A stretch of 64,000 nucleotides of DNA, taken from contig OZ231126.1 in the NCBI GenBank assembly GCA_965153355.1, positions 40,238,001-40,302,000 of the forward strand, in the 5' to 3' direction. Source of the stretch: Flaccisagitta enflata. Lineage: Eukaryota. The notes beneath the pieces were generated by a model. That model was given only the letters and a program-made list of their open reading frames with translations. It was not told the origin of the DNA and searched no databases. Of the stretch, positions 12,551 to 27,440 are shown one piece after another (position 1 is the stretch's first letter; every line of letters begins with the position of its first letter). Both the position numbers and the translations under genes were made by a program.

Positions 12551-13322
12551 CAGGGAATACCACGCCAACCGGGACAAAAGAAAACGACGTATTTTCTCCT
12601 CTATAAATGAAAAAAATAATCTGAAACAGATCCTGATAGATCTTTTAAACCGATTTTATGTCATTAAAAAAAATTGTCACTGAATTGCATACCAAAAGTA
12701 CACAAACCGATTGAAAAAAGCCCAAATTTCACTAATTTTGTATGATTTATCTGAAAATTCTGTGAACATTGTGTCTTAGTTGTTAACCATTGCAACTGAA
12801 ATTGGGTAAAGATACTTGGGTTTGTCTCAAATTGAAGCAGAATCTATGATCTATTTAGTTACGTGAAAAAGCTTTAAAAATTGATACCGAAGGTTCTACC
12901 ATGAAAATTTGTTATTCCTTGGAAGAAAAAAGAGATCAAAATTAAACATTTTTACATGAAGCTTGATCAGATTGCCAAAAATTATGACAAGTAGGCAAAA
13001 TGAATGGTGGAGTATAAAACTAGATCAAATTATCAATCGTTCAAGACCAACCCAATCATACTAGCTCAACTTGTTTAGATTTGGCAATAGAATGAAGATT
13101 TGTTGTTCAAACATCTAAACCTCGAATTTTTGCGATTCCAGATTTTACGATTTGCAAAGGATGCAAAACTGCGGCCAAAGTATTGATCTCACCACAATAA
13201 AGTTTAAAAATAACTAAATCGGAGCAAAACCTCTCTCTGAAACAGTTTTCAGAATTGGTCCGTCATTTCTAGAAGCAGAGATATGTCGTTTTCTTTTGTC
13301 CCGGTAGGCGGGGTATTCCCTG
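12551..13322. mobile_element. Tc1/mariner-type MITE (CAGGG termini), copy 1
   Basis: CAGGGAATACCACGCCAACCGGGACAAAAGAAAACGAC is inverted at the right end. TA duplication splits a family A 3' end (GACTTATA|...|TAGGTGTTGGCCTTGTT; uninterrupted form at 11845-11873). Confidence 0.88.
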
Positions 13323-13647
13323 TAGGTGTTGGCCTTGTTACAAATGAGAGGCATTGTCCATCAGTCCATCCATCAGTCTGTAGGTCCATCTGTCCGTATG
13401 AGTGGAAAAGTAGAAAAACAAGCAGTCTAGATGCTTGTGTGTGGGGGTTGGGGTTTGGGTGTGGCTGGGGGTTGGATGCCTCTGTCCGCAATGATATTGT
13501 AACCCCGTGTTACATGTTTTTCCCTGTTTCTCTCTCTGTCTCTCTCTCCCCCTCCTCCTCTTTCTCCCCCTCTGTCTGTCTGTCTGTCCCTGTCTGTCTG
13601 TCTGTCTGGCTGTCTCTCCTCACTCTCTCTCTCTGTCTCTGTCTCTG

Positions 13648-13706
<59 letters not shown>

Positions 13707-13979
13707 TTTCTCTCAATCACTTTTCCTCTCTCCTTTTCTCAAGCAGCACTTACGACTTTTTTTCCTATGGCGATTTGCCGCTCTTATTGGTAGAGTTGCG
13801 TGTTTGCAACTAAAAAGGTGACAGACCTTGTGTTTTGTTAGTTTGCACAATTATTAAGGATGTAGTCACTGCCAAACAAATTTGACATAAACAAAATTGA
13901 AAATGAATAGAGCCAATTCATTTAGAGATAGGAGGAAAGAAAATCTCTTTCCTCATAACGGTCCTTGGAAAGAAAATAG

Positions 13980-14109
<130 letters not shown>

Positions 14110-14407
14110 TCAGCCGATCGAGATGGTGTAGGGAAATCGGCGGAAATTCCTCACCGAACAAGACGCCGTCGCAGCCACTGGACAATGTAAGATAAAGCAG
14201 GCCATCAAATTCAAGTTAAAGCTTTTTTGTCTAGCAAGTGCTTTAAAGGTTGCTCATAGAATTTTGATGACGCCATGGTTGCGATAACACGATGCGCCGC
14301 ATGGTGCTTTATCTTGTAGTATCTGGGCTAACTAATATATGTCTGCTCGGTACCGATGAGCTCCACTAGAATGCATGTTAAGGGACTGGACAAAATTAAG
14401 CCTTATA

Positions 14408-15158
14408 CACCGTCTTTAGATCGAAATGTCGCGAAAAGAAGATATATTACTCCAAAACTATTCATAGTATTTAGTTTTTCTTTTTTTCCCTGATAGATAA
14501 TTTGACTAGGTTTTGCTACAAGCAAAGAATGTCCCACCATCTAAAAAAATTAAGCCTCCTACTCACAATAAACAGATATTGCATGTTTCACATTTAAGGA
14601 TTTTTTTCCCATCAACTTTTTCTTTACTTCATTTCATAGTTGCCATTTCTACACAAATTGAGCTGAACTGCTGGGCTTGGTCAGGAATTCAAGAGAATTT
14701 AATGTAGATTATGTTGTAAAGAAAAAATATTCTCACTGATTTTAATTTTGAACAATTTGCATACGATTTTTCAAAATTTTCCCAAATCTTGAGGTTTTTT
14801 TGGTGTTTTGGGGTCAAAATCATTCCATACGGCATCACATAAGTCAAATTTTTTAGTATTTCAAACAAAACTTCATTATTTCTCATGACCAACACTGTAG
14901 GACCACTCTTGTTGAAAAAAGAAGCACTGCTGCAATCTAACCTCATTTTTTCCATGAAAAAAGGCCATTTTTGGCTGAAATCGACTAAATTTTGTCATGA
15001 AATTTAGAGCAAATATATCAACATTGGGGCTTTAATTCTTTTTTTGTAACAAAACTTAATCAAATTATCTACCACAGAAAAAAAGAATCAAGCAGTTATC
15101 TTAAGTACTTTAGGAGTAATATATCTTCTTTTCGCGACATTTCGATCTAAAGACGGTG
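14408..15158. mobile_element. Tc1/mariner-type MITE
   Basis: About 48 bp perfect TIR CACCGTCTTTAGATCGAAATGTCGCGAAAAGAAGATATATTACTCC, flanked by TA. Confidence 0.88.
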
Positions 15159-16220
15159 TAATGAAGTTGATTTATCACCAATATAGAAATAACTACAAAA
15201 TCTCTGACGGGACATACAGTTTTATGTCTTATAGGCGAGCATGCCTTAATAGCGGGAGTGCTATGGCGGTGCTCCACTGCACAGACACACACAAAAAAAA
15301 AAAAAAAAAAAAAACAATTTAAACTGATGAATCAGTGATGATTAGGCTAACAAAGATTCGTGAAGAAGACTGATTCTCCTACCACTCAGCAATTGGAACA
15401 AGAGATAAAATGTGATATCATAACTTTTTTTTCTGAGTTGAAACAAATAGAAAACGAATAAATAGAAATAGCAAAAACAGCATTCATGGTAAAATCCAAT
15501 TGCCGTTTTTCTCGGCCCCTAAGATTAGTTAAAACGAACAAAGAAAGATCGGAACATTCATGGTGATGTTTAAATTTCTTCCACTTGGACGCCCTCTCAT
15601 GGCAATTTTGTGCGTCTTAATTCCGTCATTTGCAGCTTCTTTTTCCATCTCTTCTCTTTTATCCACTCTCGCATTGAAACGGGGAGGAAGAGAGAGGAAG
15701 CATAACAGGGGTGAGATAGGAGCAGTGGCGTATAAAAAGAGATCATTCAACCATTAGCATATAAATGAGGAGGATGAGGGGAAAAAATAGAGGCAGAGGT
15801 GAGATTGTAGCAGTGGTGGAACAGTGGGGGTGGCTTATTCTCCATGAAGTGGCATTTTTGGAGAAGGAAGAACTGTAACATGGTGGAAGGGATTAAGGAA
15901 GAGAAGTTTCTGAAAGGAGGGGCAACCATAAAATTATGGTCGTGAAAAAAGATTGGATTGGAATGGAAAAGCAAAGTAGTAAACTGTTTAGAGTTTCACT
16001 ATGAAGAGGAGAAAGAAGAGTGACATGAGGGCCTTGGCAGGGGGAAAATAACGCGGTGGCAATGGCAGATCAGGATGAAGAGGAGGAGTGACATGTTGGC
16101 CATGGCGGGTAAGGAAAGGGAAGCGATAAAAAAATGTGTGCCCACTCATTCTCCAACTAGGCAGACATTTCCTCGTTTTTGAGCGAGAAGAATTATTCCT
16201 GTTGTCGACCATGGCTCTCC

Positions 16221-16407
<187 letters not shown>

Positions 16408-16479
16408 AGAGGAAGAGGAGCATGAATCTCCAGATCTCCCTGGAGAGTGATAGGAAGTTATGTTTCCCGGCGCCGGGCC

Positions 16480-16895
16480 AAAACTGCCGGTCTGATCACC
16501 GGCCTCACTACCGGAACCAAAACACCAACATCACCACCGGAACCAGAACTGCAATTCAAGCAAAATTACCGACTCCTTCACATCCCGAATCATATTGCTG
16601 ACTTGAGGTAAAACTAACAGCCAGATCACAAACTTCACTATCGAAATCAAATCACCAAATTCACTACCTGAATCAAAACTGTTAACCTTCTCATCTTTGT
16701 TCAAAAGTGTTAGCCTTCTTATTAACTTCACTGCTTGAACCAAATCGCCAGATACAAAATTGTACACCAGATAACCAACTTCATTATCAGAATCAAATCA
16801 CCAACTTTGCCATCAGAACCAAAACTGACAGCCAGATCACCAACTTCACTACCGGAACCAAAAATGCCAGTCAGATCATGAACGTTACAATCGAA
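16480..16895. repeat. Degenerate minisatellite (ATCACCAACTTCACTACCGGAACCAAAA-like)
   Basis: Motif recurs near 16500, 16530, 16625, 16650, 16797 and 16835. Confidence 0.6.
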
Positions 16896-16935
16896 ACACA
16901 ATCTCTTTTCTCCGCAAGCGTTATTACACAAGTCA

Positions 16936-17108
<173 letters not shown>

Positions 17109-18168
17109 TGACCCCTCTATCCCATATGGCCATGAGCCACAAGGTCGTTCCTGTGGCAGTGGACTAGTTTTAGACTTGTTCGTCTCTCTCTGACATTCCT
17201 CTTCTTTGCTTAAGCCATCATTCAATTTTTACCACCTCTTTCCGCGCTGCATCATAATCTCTCTATTTCGTGTTGCAATACTTTGGCAGCGAGAAGTACA
17301 TAGAATAATGAAAGGTGCCAGTTGTAAAAACCTCTCAGTCTGCAGGATTAGATACGGAGTTCGATGTTTCACTTCCTCTGCCTAAGAGTAAAGAGAAAGT
17401 GAAGCTTCATTCAGCTATAAGATATAACGCCGAGATTGAATCGTGGGATTCTAAAGACTAGAAGTCCTCCGGTCGTAGACATTGAACTAGAGTCTAGGGC
17501 GGTTACCCAAGGGCCTCGACGAGTGAAGTGCAGTTAACAATGTATTCGAATTCATATTCTAGAAGGAAATCATACAGGCAAAGGATAACATTTCCAAAGA
17601 GTTCCAATGAACTGAAATATGCTTCCATCTACCTAACCATTGCATTGTGTTTCCCTATCAAATACCGACCTCTGCTTGTCTAATTTCCTTTTAACATGCC
17701 ACTTAGTGGTCAAATGTCTGACGAATTTTAGATTCGGACTCAATGTTACCCTTTAAAAAAACCAGTCTAGAACATAGTATCCCAAAAACCTAAGTGGTAC
17801 ATATTAGAAACGATATAACACAGATTTACTGTTGATAATGATGATTTTAATGGCTGCGCATAATCCATTCATACTTTTACGGATACTTAATGTCTACAAT
17901 TTGTTTTTTCCTTCACATTTGCCAGCAACATCCATCTTATAGTTACCACCGGGCAACCAACAAGAGTGGAGGTTAGAGACTTATCCTCTGCTAAATTAGG
18001 TCAGAAATTATTTGAGTCGAATGCACGCTTGATTCTGTTACGCTTTCGGTTGGTATGTCCGTGCTTCATGGTCTATTGGTCTGTTGGTCTTCTAATCCTT
18101 CAGCTGATAACTTGTCAGTTTTACAGTCAATTCTGGCCGGTTTATCTTAAAAAACAAACAAAAAAAAC

Positions 18169-18264
<96 letters not shown>

Positions 18265-20023
18265 CCAAAAACTGAAAAAGGCACTAATTACTAACTTCCT
18301 AGTTTTTGGATCATTTTTGCGTTGTGCAATATGTAGGTAATGATGACACAATAAGCATGAATCGGGTTAAAGTTTACAAGCCTGCCAGTGTCCGAGCGTT
18401 CAAGTGTGCAAGCGTTCGAGTGTGCAAGCGTACAAATGTGCAAGCTTGCAGGTTTGCAAAGACCTGGTATGAAGGTCAGTTAGTCAGTCGTTGAGCCATT
18501 GCAAGTGTGCAGGTTTGTAAAGACCTGGTAAGTAGGTCAGTTAGTCAGTCGTTGAAGCCATTTGAAGTAAACTAAGGCAGTTGGGTAAATTAAATATCTC
18601 AGTTATCAAAATTATTCAGAGACTAATCGCATCCATTATGGCCGCTTATATGGTACAATGATGATAATATTGTGTAATTACCTACCAATGTGAATGATCA
18701 TAAAAGAATATTCTATCACATTCATGTGCTAATCACTGCAAATGGAGCAATTTGTAATTTTGCATGCATGATTAAGTATCTACACAACAGAGCACGAGTT
18801 TTGGGCTTTTTTGACCTTGCACTCCGAATGAATTGCCTGTTTCTCACTTTGCTCATGGTCAAAATCTTTTCGGGCGTAAACAGGAGAAAACAGTGCGGAC
18901 CTCCTCCTAATTCTATGGTAGGCTGCCTCCAATCTCAACTGCAATCGAGCTGCAAAATCGGTGGCAATCTGCCTCTAAACCAATGTCTATCTTCTGAACC
19001 AGAAACAGTGTGCCTCCCAAATCAATGGCGGTCTATCTCTTATTCCAATGGCAATCTGCCTAATCACTCAACTACATTTATTACAATACTGCGTGCCTGC
19101 TTGAGTGCCTGCCCGACTACCAGCCCCACTCAATTTCACCTTTAAATTCCGGCGTCGGCCAACCTTTCTGCCTTCCTGCCTGCCTTCCGTCCCAACTTTT
19201 TTTCACTTTTCAGTACGTATGCCTACCTGTCTGCCTGCCGTTCTCTCAGCCAGCTTGTCAGGCTGTCTGCTTGCCTGCCTGCCAGCTCGCCTTTCTTTCT
19301 GCTGTTTTCACCTTCCGATTTTGATGACTGCTCGCCAACCTGTCCACCAGGCTGTTAGCCTGTCTGGTCCGCCTGCCTAACTTTAATCCCTGGTCTTGTT
19401 CACCTTTCAATTCCAATTTTGCCTGCCTTCCTGCCTTCCTGTCTGCCTGCTTCCCTGCCTGACTTTCATCTCCACTCTTGTTCACCTTCTAATTTCGATA
19501 TGTGCCTGCCTGCCTGCCTTCCTGTCTGCCTGCCTCCCTCCCTGCCCGACTTTCATCTCCACACGTTTTCACCTCCCAATTTCGACGTCCGAGTCACTTT
19601 CTAAAATGAGCATCTTTCTAAGCGACTCGCATCACCGAAGAGCCCATTTATTTTTTGTTTGCCATTTTTAGTTTCATCGCAGTCGAATCTGTTCGGCGGA
19701 GCTAAAGCTGTTGCTGTTGTTTTGGCTGTGGTTTTACTGTTGCTTCGCTGTTGCCTCTGCTGTTGCCTCTGCGGTAACTTTTGCTGTTGCTGTTTCTTTC
19801 GCTGTTGTTTCTGTTTAGCTGAGCTATGACTAGTAATCGGTTAGGGTCCTATTAACTCTTCTAAACATTGCTACGGCAATGATTGGGACCCCTTATTCTT
19901 TTCCCTCTGTGAGGGATTATTAGTTTTATGATACGTCACATACGCCATTGCATCCATCATTCCAGCTAACACATTGTTTCTTACATTACTTGAAAATTGA
20001 AATGGCATAATTAGTAGTTCTCT

Positions 20024-20178
20024 TTTTAGTTGCGGACACGCAACTCTATAAGAGGCTTTGTCCGTCCGTCGGTTGGTTGGTTGGTTGGTCCGTGGTGATC
20101 GAGTTGAAAAGTGGGAAAACGCGCATTTCTGCTCCTGCCCACCCGTCCGCAACTGATGGCCGTGTATCCGGCCTTGTT
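20024..20178 (+). mobile_element. Family A variant with AGTTGCGGAC/GTCCGCAACT sub-TIRs
   Basis: TTTTAGTTGCGGACACGCAACT...(GTCC/GTTG)n...GTCCGCAACTGATGGCCGTGTATCCGGCCTTGTT. Confidence 0.8.
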
Positions 20179-20599
20179 CTATTCTCTTTGCTTTTACCTT
20201 ATTCCCATGCGATGCGTGAAGTTTGACAATTTGATATGAAGGAACGAGATTTTTGACATCTCGGAAAATGACTTTTTCTGCCGAAGCGACGTCTGTCGGA
20301 GAAACATCAGATCCACTTTGGCCCTAGGAAGAGAAAAAAGACAAAGATCATGAGGCAGGAATGAGGGCCTTCTATCAGATCAACTGACCGACAGTCATAG
20401 CAGCATAGAGTCACGTGCGCGCGACTGTTTCATAAAAAAAACAAGGCGGGATGAACGGCGTGAGTCAATGCGTGTGGGTGGGCAGCGGCTGTAAGTAAAC
20501 TGGCCTTGCACAGCTATTTTAACGCAAAATAGAAACATAGTAGGTCCTTTCAGGGGATCATCTGACCAACCTACAGACAGACTTAGCGGTGAGTAGTTG

Positions 20600-20710
20600 A
20601 ACAAGCCCGATCGGGCAACTAGATGCGTCATCTGCTTGATATCAGAAGAGGCGTAATGGACGGACGGACGGACAGACTCTCTCATAGAGATGCGATGACG
20701 CATCTAAAAA
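20600..20710 (-). mobile_element. Family A variant with AGATGCGTCA/TGACGCATCT sub-TIRs
   Basis: Reverse complement: TTTTTAGATGCGTCATCGCATCT...(CCGT)n...TGACGCATCTAGTTGCCCGATCGGGCTTGTT. Confidence 0.75.
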
Positions 20711-20917
20711 GAAGAGGAAAAAAATGTGAACATCTTCGCAGTCCTTCAAGATATTTCTGCATGTATACTTCAGTTCGGCTTGTATAATTTCTGCATGTAT
20801 GTAGCATAGCGTGACTGCACCATTCCTTTACGTTTACATAAAACCGAATGGTGGTTGCTATCTGTGGTGGAAAGCTTTTTCCATGGCGCAAGCCGAGTGA
20901 TTATGAAGTAAAAGAGT

Positions 20918-21002
<85 letters not shown>

Positions 21003-21186
21003 AGATAAGACACACCGACAAAGACAGTGATAGAGATAGAACCTTGCCAAGCGGTAAACTTAACGCTGAGAAGAAATCAAGGAATTTAGTTTTCTTTGGG
21101 GAACCAAAAAAGTAATTTTAGCACCTCCAAATACGGAAGGGGGACATATATCAGAGAAAGAAAAAATGAGAGATGAGAAAGAGAAA

Positions 21187-21292
<106 letters not shown>

Positions 21293-21398
21293 GGACAGAG
21301 AGACGGATAGAGAGACGGACAGAGAGACGGATAGGGAGAGACAGAGAGATGGACATAAACACAGAGGAAAGGAAAAAAAAACAGACAGACTGACAGGC

Positions 21399-21429
<31 letters not shown>

Positions 21430-21430
21430 C

Positions 21431-21505
<75 letters not shown>

Positions 21506-21532
21506 AGGAAAGAAAGAAAGAAAAACAGACAA

Positions 21533-21563
<31 letters not shown>

Positions 21564-24531
21564 AACAGACAAACAGACAGACAGACAGACAGAGGTAATG
21601 GGGAGAGACAGCGTCAGATTAGAGAAATAGACGGAAGACGAGGAAACAGGAATAGGTAGAGATAAGCTTTGTGTCTGACGGAGAGGTCGAAAACCAGAAA
21701 TATACTTCTGAAAACACACTTGTTATACGGAAATTGTAGCTGCTGTAATCATACTACTAAAAAGCCGTTTATAAGGGTTTCATTCTATGCTAAGGAATTA
21801 TAACGAAACAAGAAATCCGTTTTCTAACGGGTCATGATGTGGGGAAATTATCCAATTCTTTATAGGCGAAATCACGTTACAAGTGTGTCCAATAGAACGT
21901 TATTTGGCTGTAGTTCTTATATCGATATTGTTTTTCTCTCTTCTTTTTTTTTCTCGTTTTTTTGTTTTTTTTTGTTTATCTATTCATTTTTTGTTACTTT
22001 TTCTTTTGTGATACTAGAAATTACGCACGTTATGTTAATTGTCAAAACACCGCCTAAAAATTTCAAGCGTTAAAAGATTAAGGCCAGATACACGTCCATT
22101 CGTCCAATGGGTAGTCGCTTATGGGTAGGCAGGGGCATTAATGCGGGTGGGAACAGGCATAAACAAGGTTGAGCGGACCTCCGGACGGACACACCCTCTT
22201 ATAGAGTCGCTTAGCAAGCGCCAAGAAAGAACTGCCGCTACAGCTTGCTAAATGCCGTATAAAGAGGTTTTCATTCTTCTCATGCTTATGGATTACAACA
22301 AAATAATGGGTTAGTCTGATTTATCCAATACTTTATAGGCGAAATCTTGTCACAAGCGTGTCCGTTAGAACGTTATTTGGCTGTACTTGTTATAGCGATA
22401 TTGGCACTCCTTTAGCCATTATTTTCATTGCTCACATACGACTAAGAATCAAAACCGAGGCAACAAACTGCGACTTAAGCGTGCTTCCCAATAATCGATG
22501 GGAAAAGTTTTGGTCTCAAGAAAATAAAGGAAAAGCAAACAAGGCGAGATACATGGATGCCTATGTCGCGTGCAGTTGGGCCGGGGCAGTGATGCATTTT
22601 GACAAAACGACCTGATTCCAAGGATGAGTACTATGATCTGAATAAAAAGATTTTTATTAGTAGAGGAACAAAAACTTGAAAAAACATTTTTTTCAAAATG
22701 GTTTGAAATGCGAGAAAAATGCTGCAGCATCAATGCATATGACAGTAGTTTTTGATATATCAAAGCAGGAAAAATGCTAAGGTCAATTCTTATTTGTTTT
22801 TTTTTTTTTTTTTTTTTTTTTGACGGTGAGGAAAAGAATTGGCTTTCGCTGCTCATGCGATATCAAGATATTAGTCACTTGGACAGGAGTAGTTGGGCAA
22901 AAATTACCCGCAAATGTTGACAAAGCAAAGTGTGACCAACCAACAGACATACCGACAAACGAACCAACCAATCGACGGACATAGCAGTTTATGAAGTCGC
23001 TCACACGCGACAAACAAAAATATGTTTTGAAAGGATACTGTTACATATTGGCAAAAAGTACACAAAGAGAAGAATGCGGAGAGACGGATTGAGCAAACGG
23101 AGAGGAAGAAAAATCCACAACATCATAACACTGAGGACAAAAAAGAGCAATAAGAAAAATATAGTGGTTGAAGTAATGAATTGTCCAAGGTACCTGTTAC
23201 AACTGAATTGTACCAGGATAAAGGAAAAGCTTACGAGACAGACTATGAGGGCAAAGATGTTTTAGATATTTAGGACAACAATTGCAGGCAATGATTTTAA
23301 CTTTCTTTAACTATAAGTGCTTATTTGCCCCAATGGCAAGTGCACTTGGGCAAGAAACGATCTATTCTATCTTGAGCCCTGTGTTTCATTCATATCAGAG
23401 CAATGATATCACAGGGCCGCTGTCCAAAAAACTGAGTGAAGAATGTGGCTCAATGGGTTCACACAATGAAAGAAGGTAAACAAACAGTGCCAACATCCAC
23501 GAGTAGGCGAAACGGGCAGAAACATTTAGCATATGCCGAAGGATACAACGCTTTATCCAAATATGCATATTGACGAAATCTCATCTCGGCTTTTCCAAAC
23601 TCCAGAACCCAGAGAGAAAGAACAAGGTCATTAGACCTAAGTCGCATGCGACGGCATTTTCACAAAAGGCTTGACAAACAGACAGGCGGACAGACAAAAT
23701 TTTCAAATTACCCTTTCATTAGCAGTGTCATCTCTTATATTCAGAAATGTGAAAAAACGCAAAAAATATGCCTTGGAACGACTCTGTGACGGACCGACAG
23801 ACCGACGGACCAAAAAGTGGCTTATAGAGTCGCGTAGCACGTGACTAAAAAAAAACAATGATAGCATTGCCCAATCAAAACTTTCCAAGTGAAAACTTTG
23901 AAATTGTTGCTGCTCGACAGATTGAAATACAGACTCACGACTGATAGCATTCGAAATAGTCATTAGTCAATACAAATCTTCTATTTGGAACTGATCTGGT
24001 TGTTGTGGCGTCGACCATTTATGAGTGATATTCATCCCAAGTTGACGCTTCTTTTCAAGTACAGTTAAACCCCACAAAAACGGATCTCAAGGGATCAAAA
24101 ACTTCATCTATTATGAAGGGATTTCCTGTATTGCCAATACAACTTACAAGGGACTAAATGAAATGACATGAAGGAACCAAGATTCCACCTCCATAAAAGG
24201 CGAATTTCTGTTACTCCTGAATCCGGTATAAAGCTTTCTAGTACTCAGATACAGTCAGAGGAGCCACTCAGAAACCCCAACATGACTAGAAGCTCTATAT
24301 TCGCTGGTGTTGGCTTCTTTCGGGGCGTAATATGATCACAATAGGCTTTTCATCGTGTTTTGAAATAGTCTTCCTGCGGCATTTATTCGTTCTTTTGCTA
24401 TGGCATTAGTCAAACAGCTGTGAAAACACAATCATCATGAATTCATGTGTCACATTCATTACATTATCAATTCATTAGGTCATCGGTTCACTTAACATTT
24501 TAACCATTCATCTATTCATTCATCCGTCATT

Positions 24532-24891
24532 TTTAGTCGCGTGCTACGCGACTCTATAAGCCAATTTTTGGTCCGTCGGTCCGTCGGTCGGTCGGTCAGT
24601 CCATCGGTTGGTTGGTCCATCGGTCGGTTGGTCACAAAGTTGTACTAAGGGCGTTTTACACTTTTTAAAGACCATTTAAATGTTTTTGAAAGTTTTCCAG
24701 GCATTCATGAACCACTTTAAGCCACTTTTTGGTTAGTCCATAGGTCGGTCGGTCCGTCTGTCTGTCCATCACAAAGTTGCTTCATGGGTGTTTTATATCA
24801 AATGTCTTTCTAAACCAAATGTTTGTCTGTCTGTCTGCCTGACTTTTGTTGAAAGTGCCGACGCACGCGACTTAGGTCTAATGACCTTGTT
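24532..24891 (+). mobile_element. Family A element ending about 10 nt from the host-gene splice donor
   Basis: TTTAGTCGCGTGCTACGCGACT...GCACGCGACTTAGGTCTAATGACCTTGTT. Confidence 0.75.
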
Positions 24892-24901
24892 TTTTTCTCA
24901 C

Positions 24902-25008
24902 CTGTAAATACTCAAAAGCAATTACGTCCTTTAAGTTGTTTCTGTCTTGGTACTGCGTATTTTGAAGCATTTGGCTGACAAATCCGTTAAACGATGGTTC
25001 GGGCAAAC
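24902..25008 (-). CDS. Internal exon of an Ig-superfamily host gene (N-terminal half of an Ig-like domain)
   Basis: Minus strand: pyrimidine tract + CATCAAG acceptor, 107 nt reading (G)LPEPSFNGFVSQMLQNTQYQDRNNLKDVIAFEYLQ, then CAG|GTGAGA donor. Starts in phase 1 and ends in phase 0, compatible with exon 7577-7430. GxPxP resembles the Ig B-C turn; the usual C-strand Trp is absent. Confidence 0.6.
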
Positions 25009-25977
25009 CTTGATGAAGAAAAAAAGGAGGAAGCGTTACTATTGATATAATGATGAATGAATATTCCATCATCAATCTCTCATAAATGCAACTTTATTTC
25101 ACTCATTCATTGGTTCATTCATTCATTCATTCATTCATTCATTCATTCATTCATTCATTCATTCATTCATTCATTCATTCATTCATTCATTCATTCATAA
25201 ATTCTTTCATGTATCGATGCATTCATTCATCCATTAATTCATTCATTCATACATTTTTTTCATTCATTCATTCATTCATTCATTCATTCATTCATTCATT
25301 CATTCATTCATTCATTCATTCATTCATTCATTCATTCATTCATTTATTCACTTTTGTCATTCATGCATTCATTCACTCATCCATTCATTCACACAAACAC
25401 ACCTATACATTCTTTCATTCATTCATTCTTTTTTTTCACTCATTTAGATGACGACCGACTGACTGACTGCAATAAACCTCTTTCGTGAATTAGAATTGTT
25501 GGAACTAAGAATAGGAGTAAGGGGCAGGGGCAAGTGGAAGGGGGAAAGGGGAACTATCACGGGGCTTGGGGTTGGGGAAATGTTGCTAGCATGTTTGGTA
25601 AGCACTCAACATTCAACTTTGTTGGATCGAGCGCCACTTAGCATATAGGGCTATTGATACATATTCCATCATTGATTTTTTTCATTAATCATATTGACCA
25701 CGGTGCAAACATACCGATGATAAATGACCTATACTGAAATATTGTGAAGAGTTAACTGCAGAAAATACAGAATCAAACAGCCTTCCCTTCACTTGACCAC
25801 TCATCACGGGGCCACGACGTGATCCAGTTCATTTAGGGCTTAGAAACTTCCCTTTTTGCGATACTATCCAGTACCTCCTCGTTAGAACGTATGTATCCAT
25901 CTGAGTCTCTCTTTGAGTACATCTTGGTCAAAAACCTTTCTGCCTCTTTTCAGGCGGTACTCTCCTTCCCTTTGTGC

Positions 25978-26021
<44 letters not shown>

Positions 26022-26129
26022 TTAATTGTCTCTCTGACTGTCTCGCTTTGACTGTCTCGTCTCATCACTATCTCTGTCTGTGTCACTATCCCTGTCTCTG
26101 TATCTTTGTCTCTGTATATTTGAACATCT

Positions 26130-27070
26130 TTGGAAGAAGGTAACATATGTGTGAGAGATCTGATTGTTTTGCTCTCCTTTCTTGTCTCTAACACTGTCTC
26201 TTTCTGTGTTTTGGTCTCTTTCGCTGTCTCTAACCTTGTCTTTTACTTTATCTCTTTCTCTGTCTTCTTTTATCTTTTAAAAGGCGGTAACATTTGGGTG
26301 AGAGATAACTTTGTTTTGGTCTCTTTCCCTCTCTCTTTCTTTCTTTTCCTTTGTTTTGGTCTTTTCCCTGTTTCTGACTTTGTCTCTTTCTTCATCTCCT
26401 TCTCTGTCTTCCTCCCTCTTTTGTTTTGCTCTCTATCCCAGTCTCTATTTCTGTCTATATCATTGTGTCATTCTCCGTCTTTCTCTTTTTGCAAAGAGGT
26501 GATATTTGAGCAAGATATCTCTTTGCTTTGGTCTCCTTCTTTGTCTACTTTGTTTTGGTCTCCTTCCTTGTTTATAACTCTGTCTCTACCTTAGTCTCCT
26601 CCTCTTCCTTCCTCCATCTTTTGGAAGAAGGTGATATTTGGATGAGAGATCTCTTTGTTTTGGTCTCCTTCCCAGTCTCTTACTCTCTTCCTTTGTATTT
26701 GTCTCCTTCTTTGTCTCTAACTCTGTCTCTACCTTAGTCTCCTCCTTTTCCTTCCTCCTTCTTTTGAAAGGAGGTAACATTTGGGTGAGAGATCTCTTTG
26801 TTTTGGTCTCCCTCATAGTCTCTTACTCTCTTTCTTTGTTTTTGTCTCCTTCGTCTCTGACTCCGTCTCTACCTTACTCTCCTCCTTTTCCTTCCTCCTT
26901 CTTTTGAAAGGAGGTAACAATTGGGTGAGAGATCTCTTTGTTTTGGTCTCCTTCCTAGTCTCTTACACTCTTTCTTTGTTTTTGTCTCCTTCGTCTCTAA
27001 CTCTGTCTCTACCTTAGTCTCCTCCTTTTCCTTCCTCCTTCTTTTGAAAGGAGGTAACATTTGGGTGAGA
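26130..27070. repeat. ~140-bp pyrimidine-rich tandem repeat
   Basis: TTGGGTGAGA recurs at 26781, 26921 and 27061, with more diverged units from 26130. Confidence 0.9.
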
Positions 27071-27440
27071 GGTCGCGGTCAAACTCGCGCTGGTTCACGG
27101 ACTTTGAAGCTCAAAGCGGAAGAAGAGATTCCCTTTTTGAAAGAGAGAGACAGACAGACAGAGACAGAGAGAGACAGAGAGAGACAGAGACAGAGATAGA
27201 CAGAGACAGACTAGACCCAAAATTGGAAAGAAGAAGGATAAAAGAGAGACAGAGACAAAATAAGATGAAGTCAACACAAAAGAAAAAGCTGAACGAGAGA
27301 AGTTTTTTGAGAAGGTCGAATTTGTGCTCGAGGTGATGATGGCATATTTTTCAATGAAAAAGACTTTAAAAAGACATGAAAGAACTGTATGTTTTTTCAA
27401 TCTTTGTTGTTGTGCAAGTAACTGAGGTTATCTCACTATG

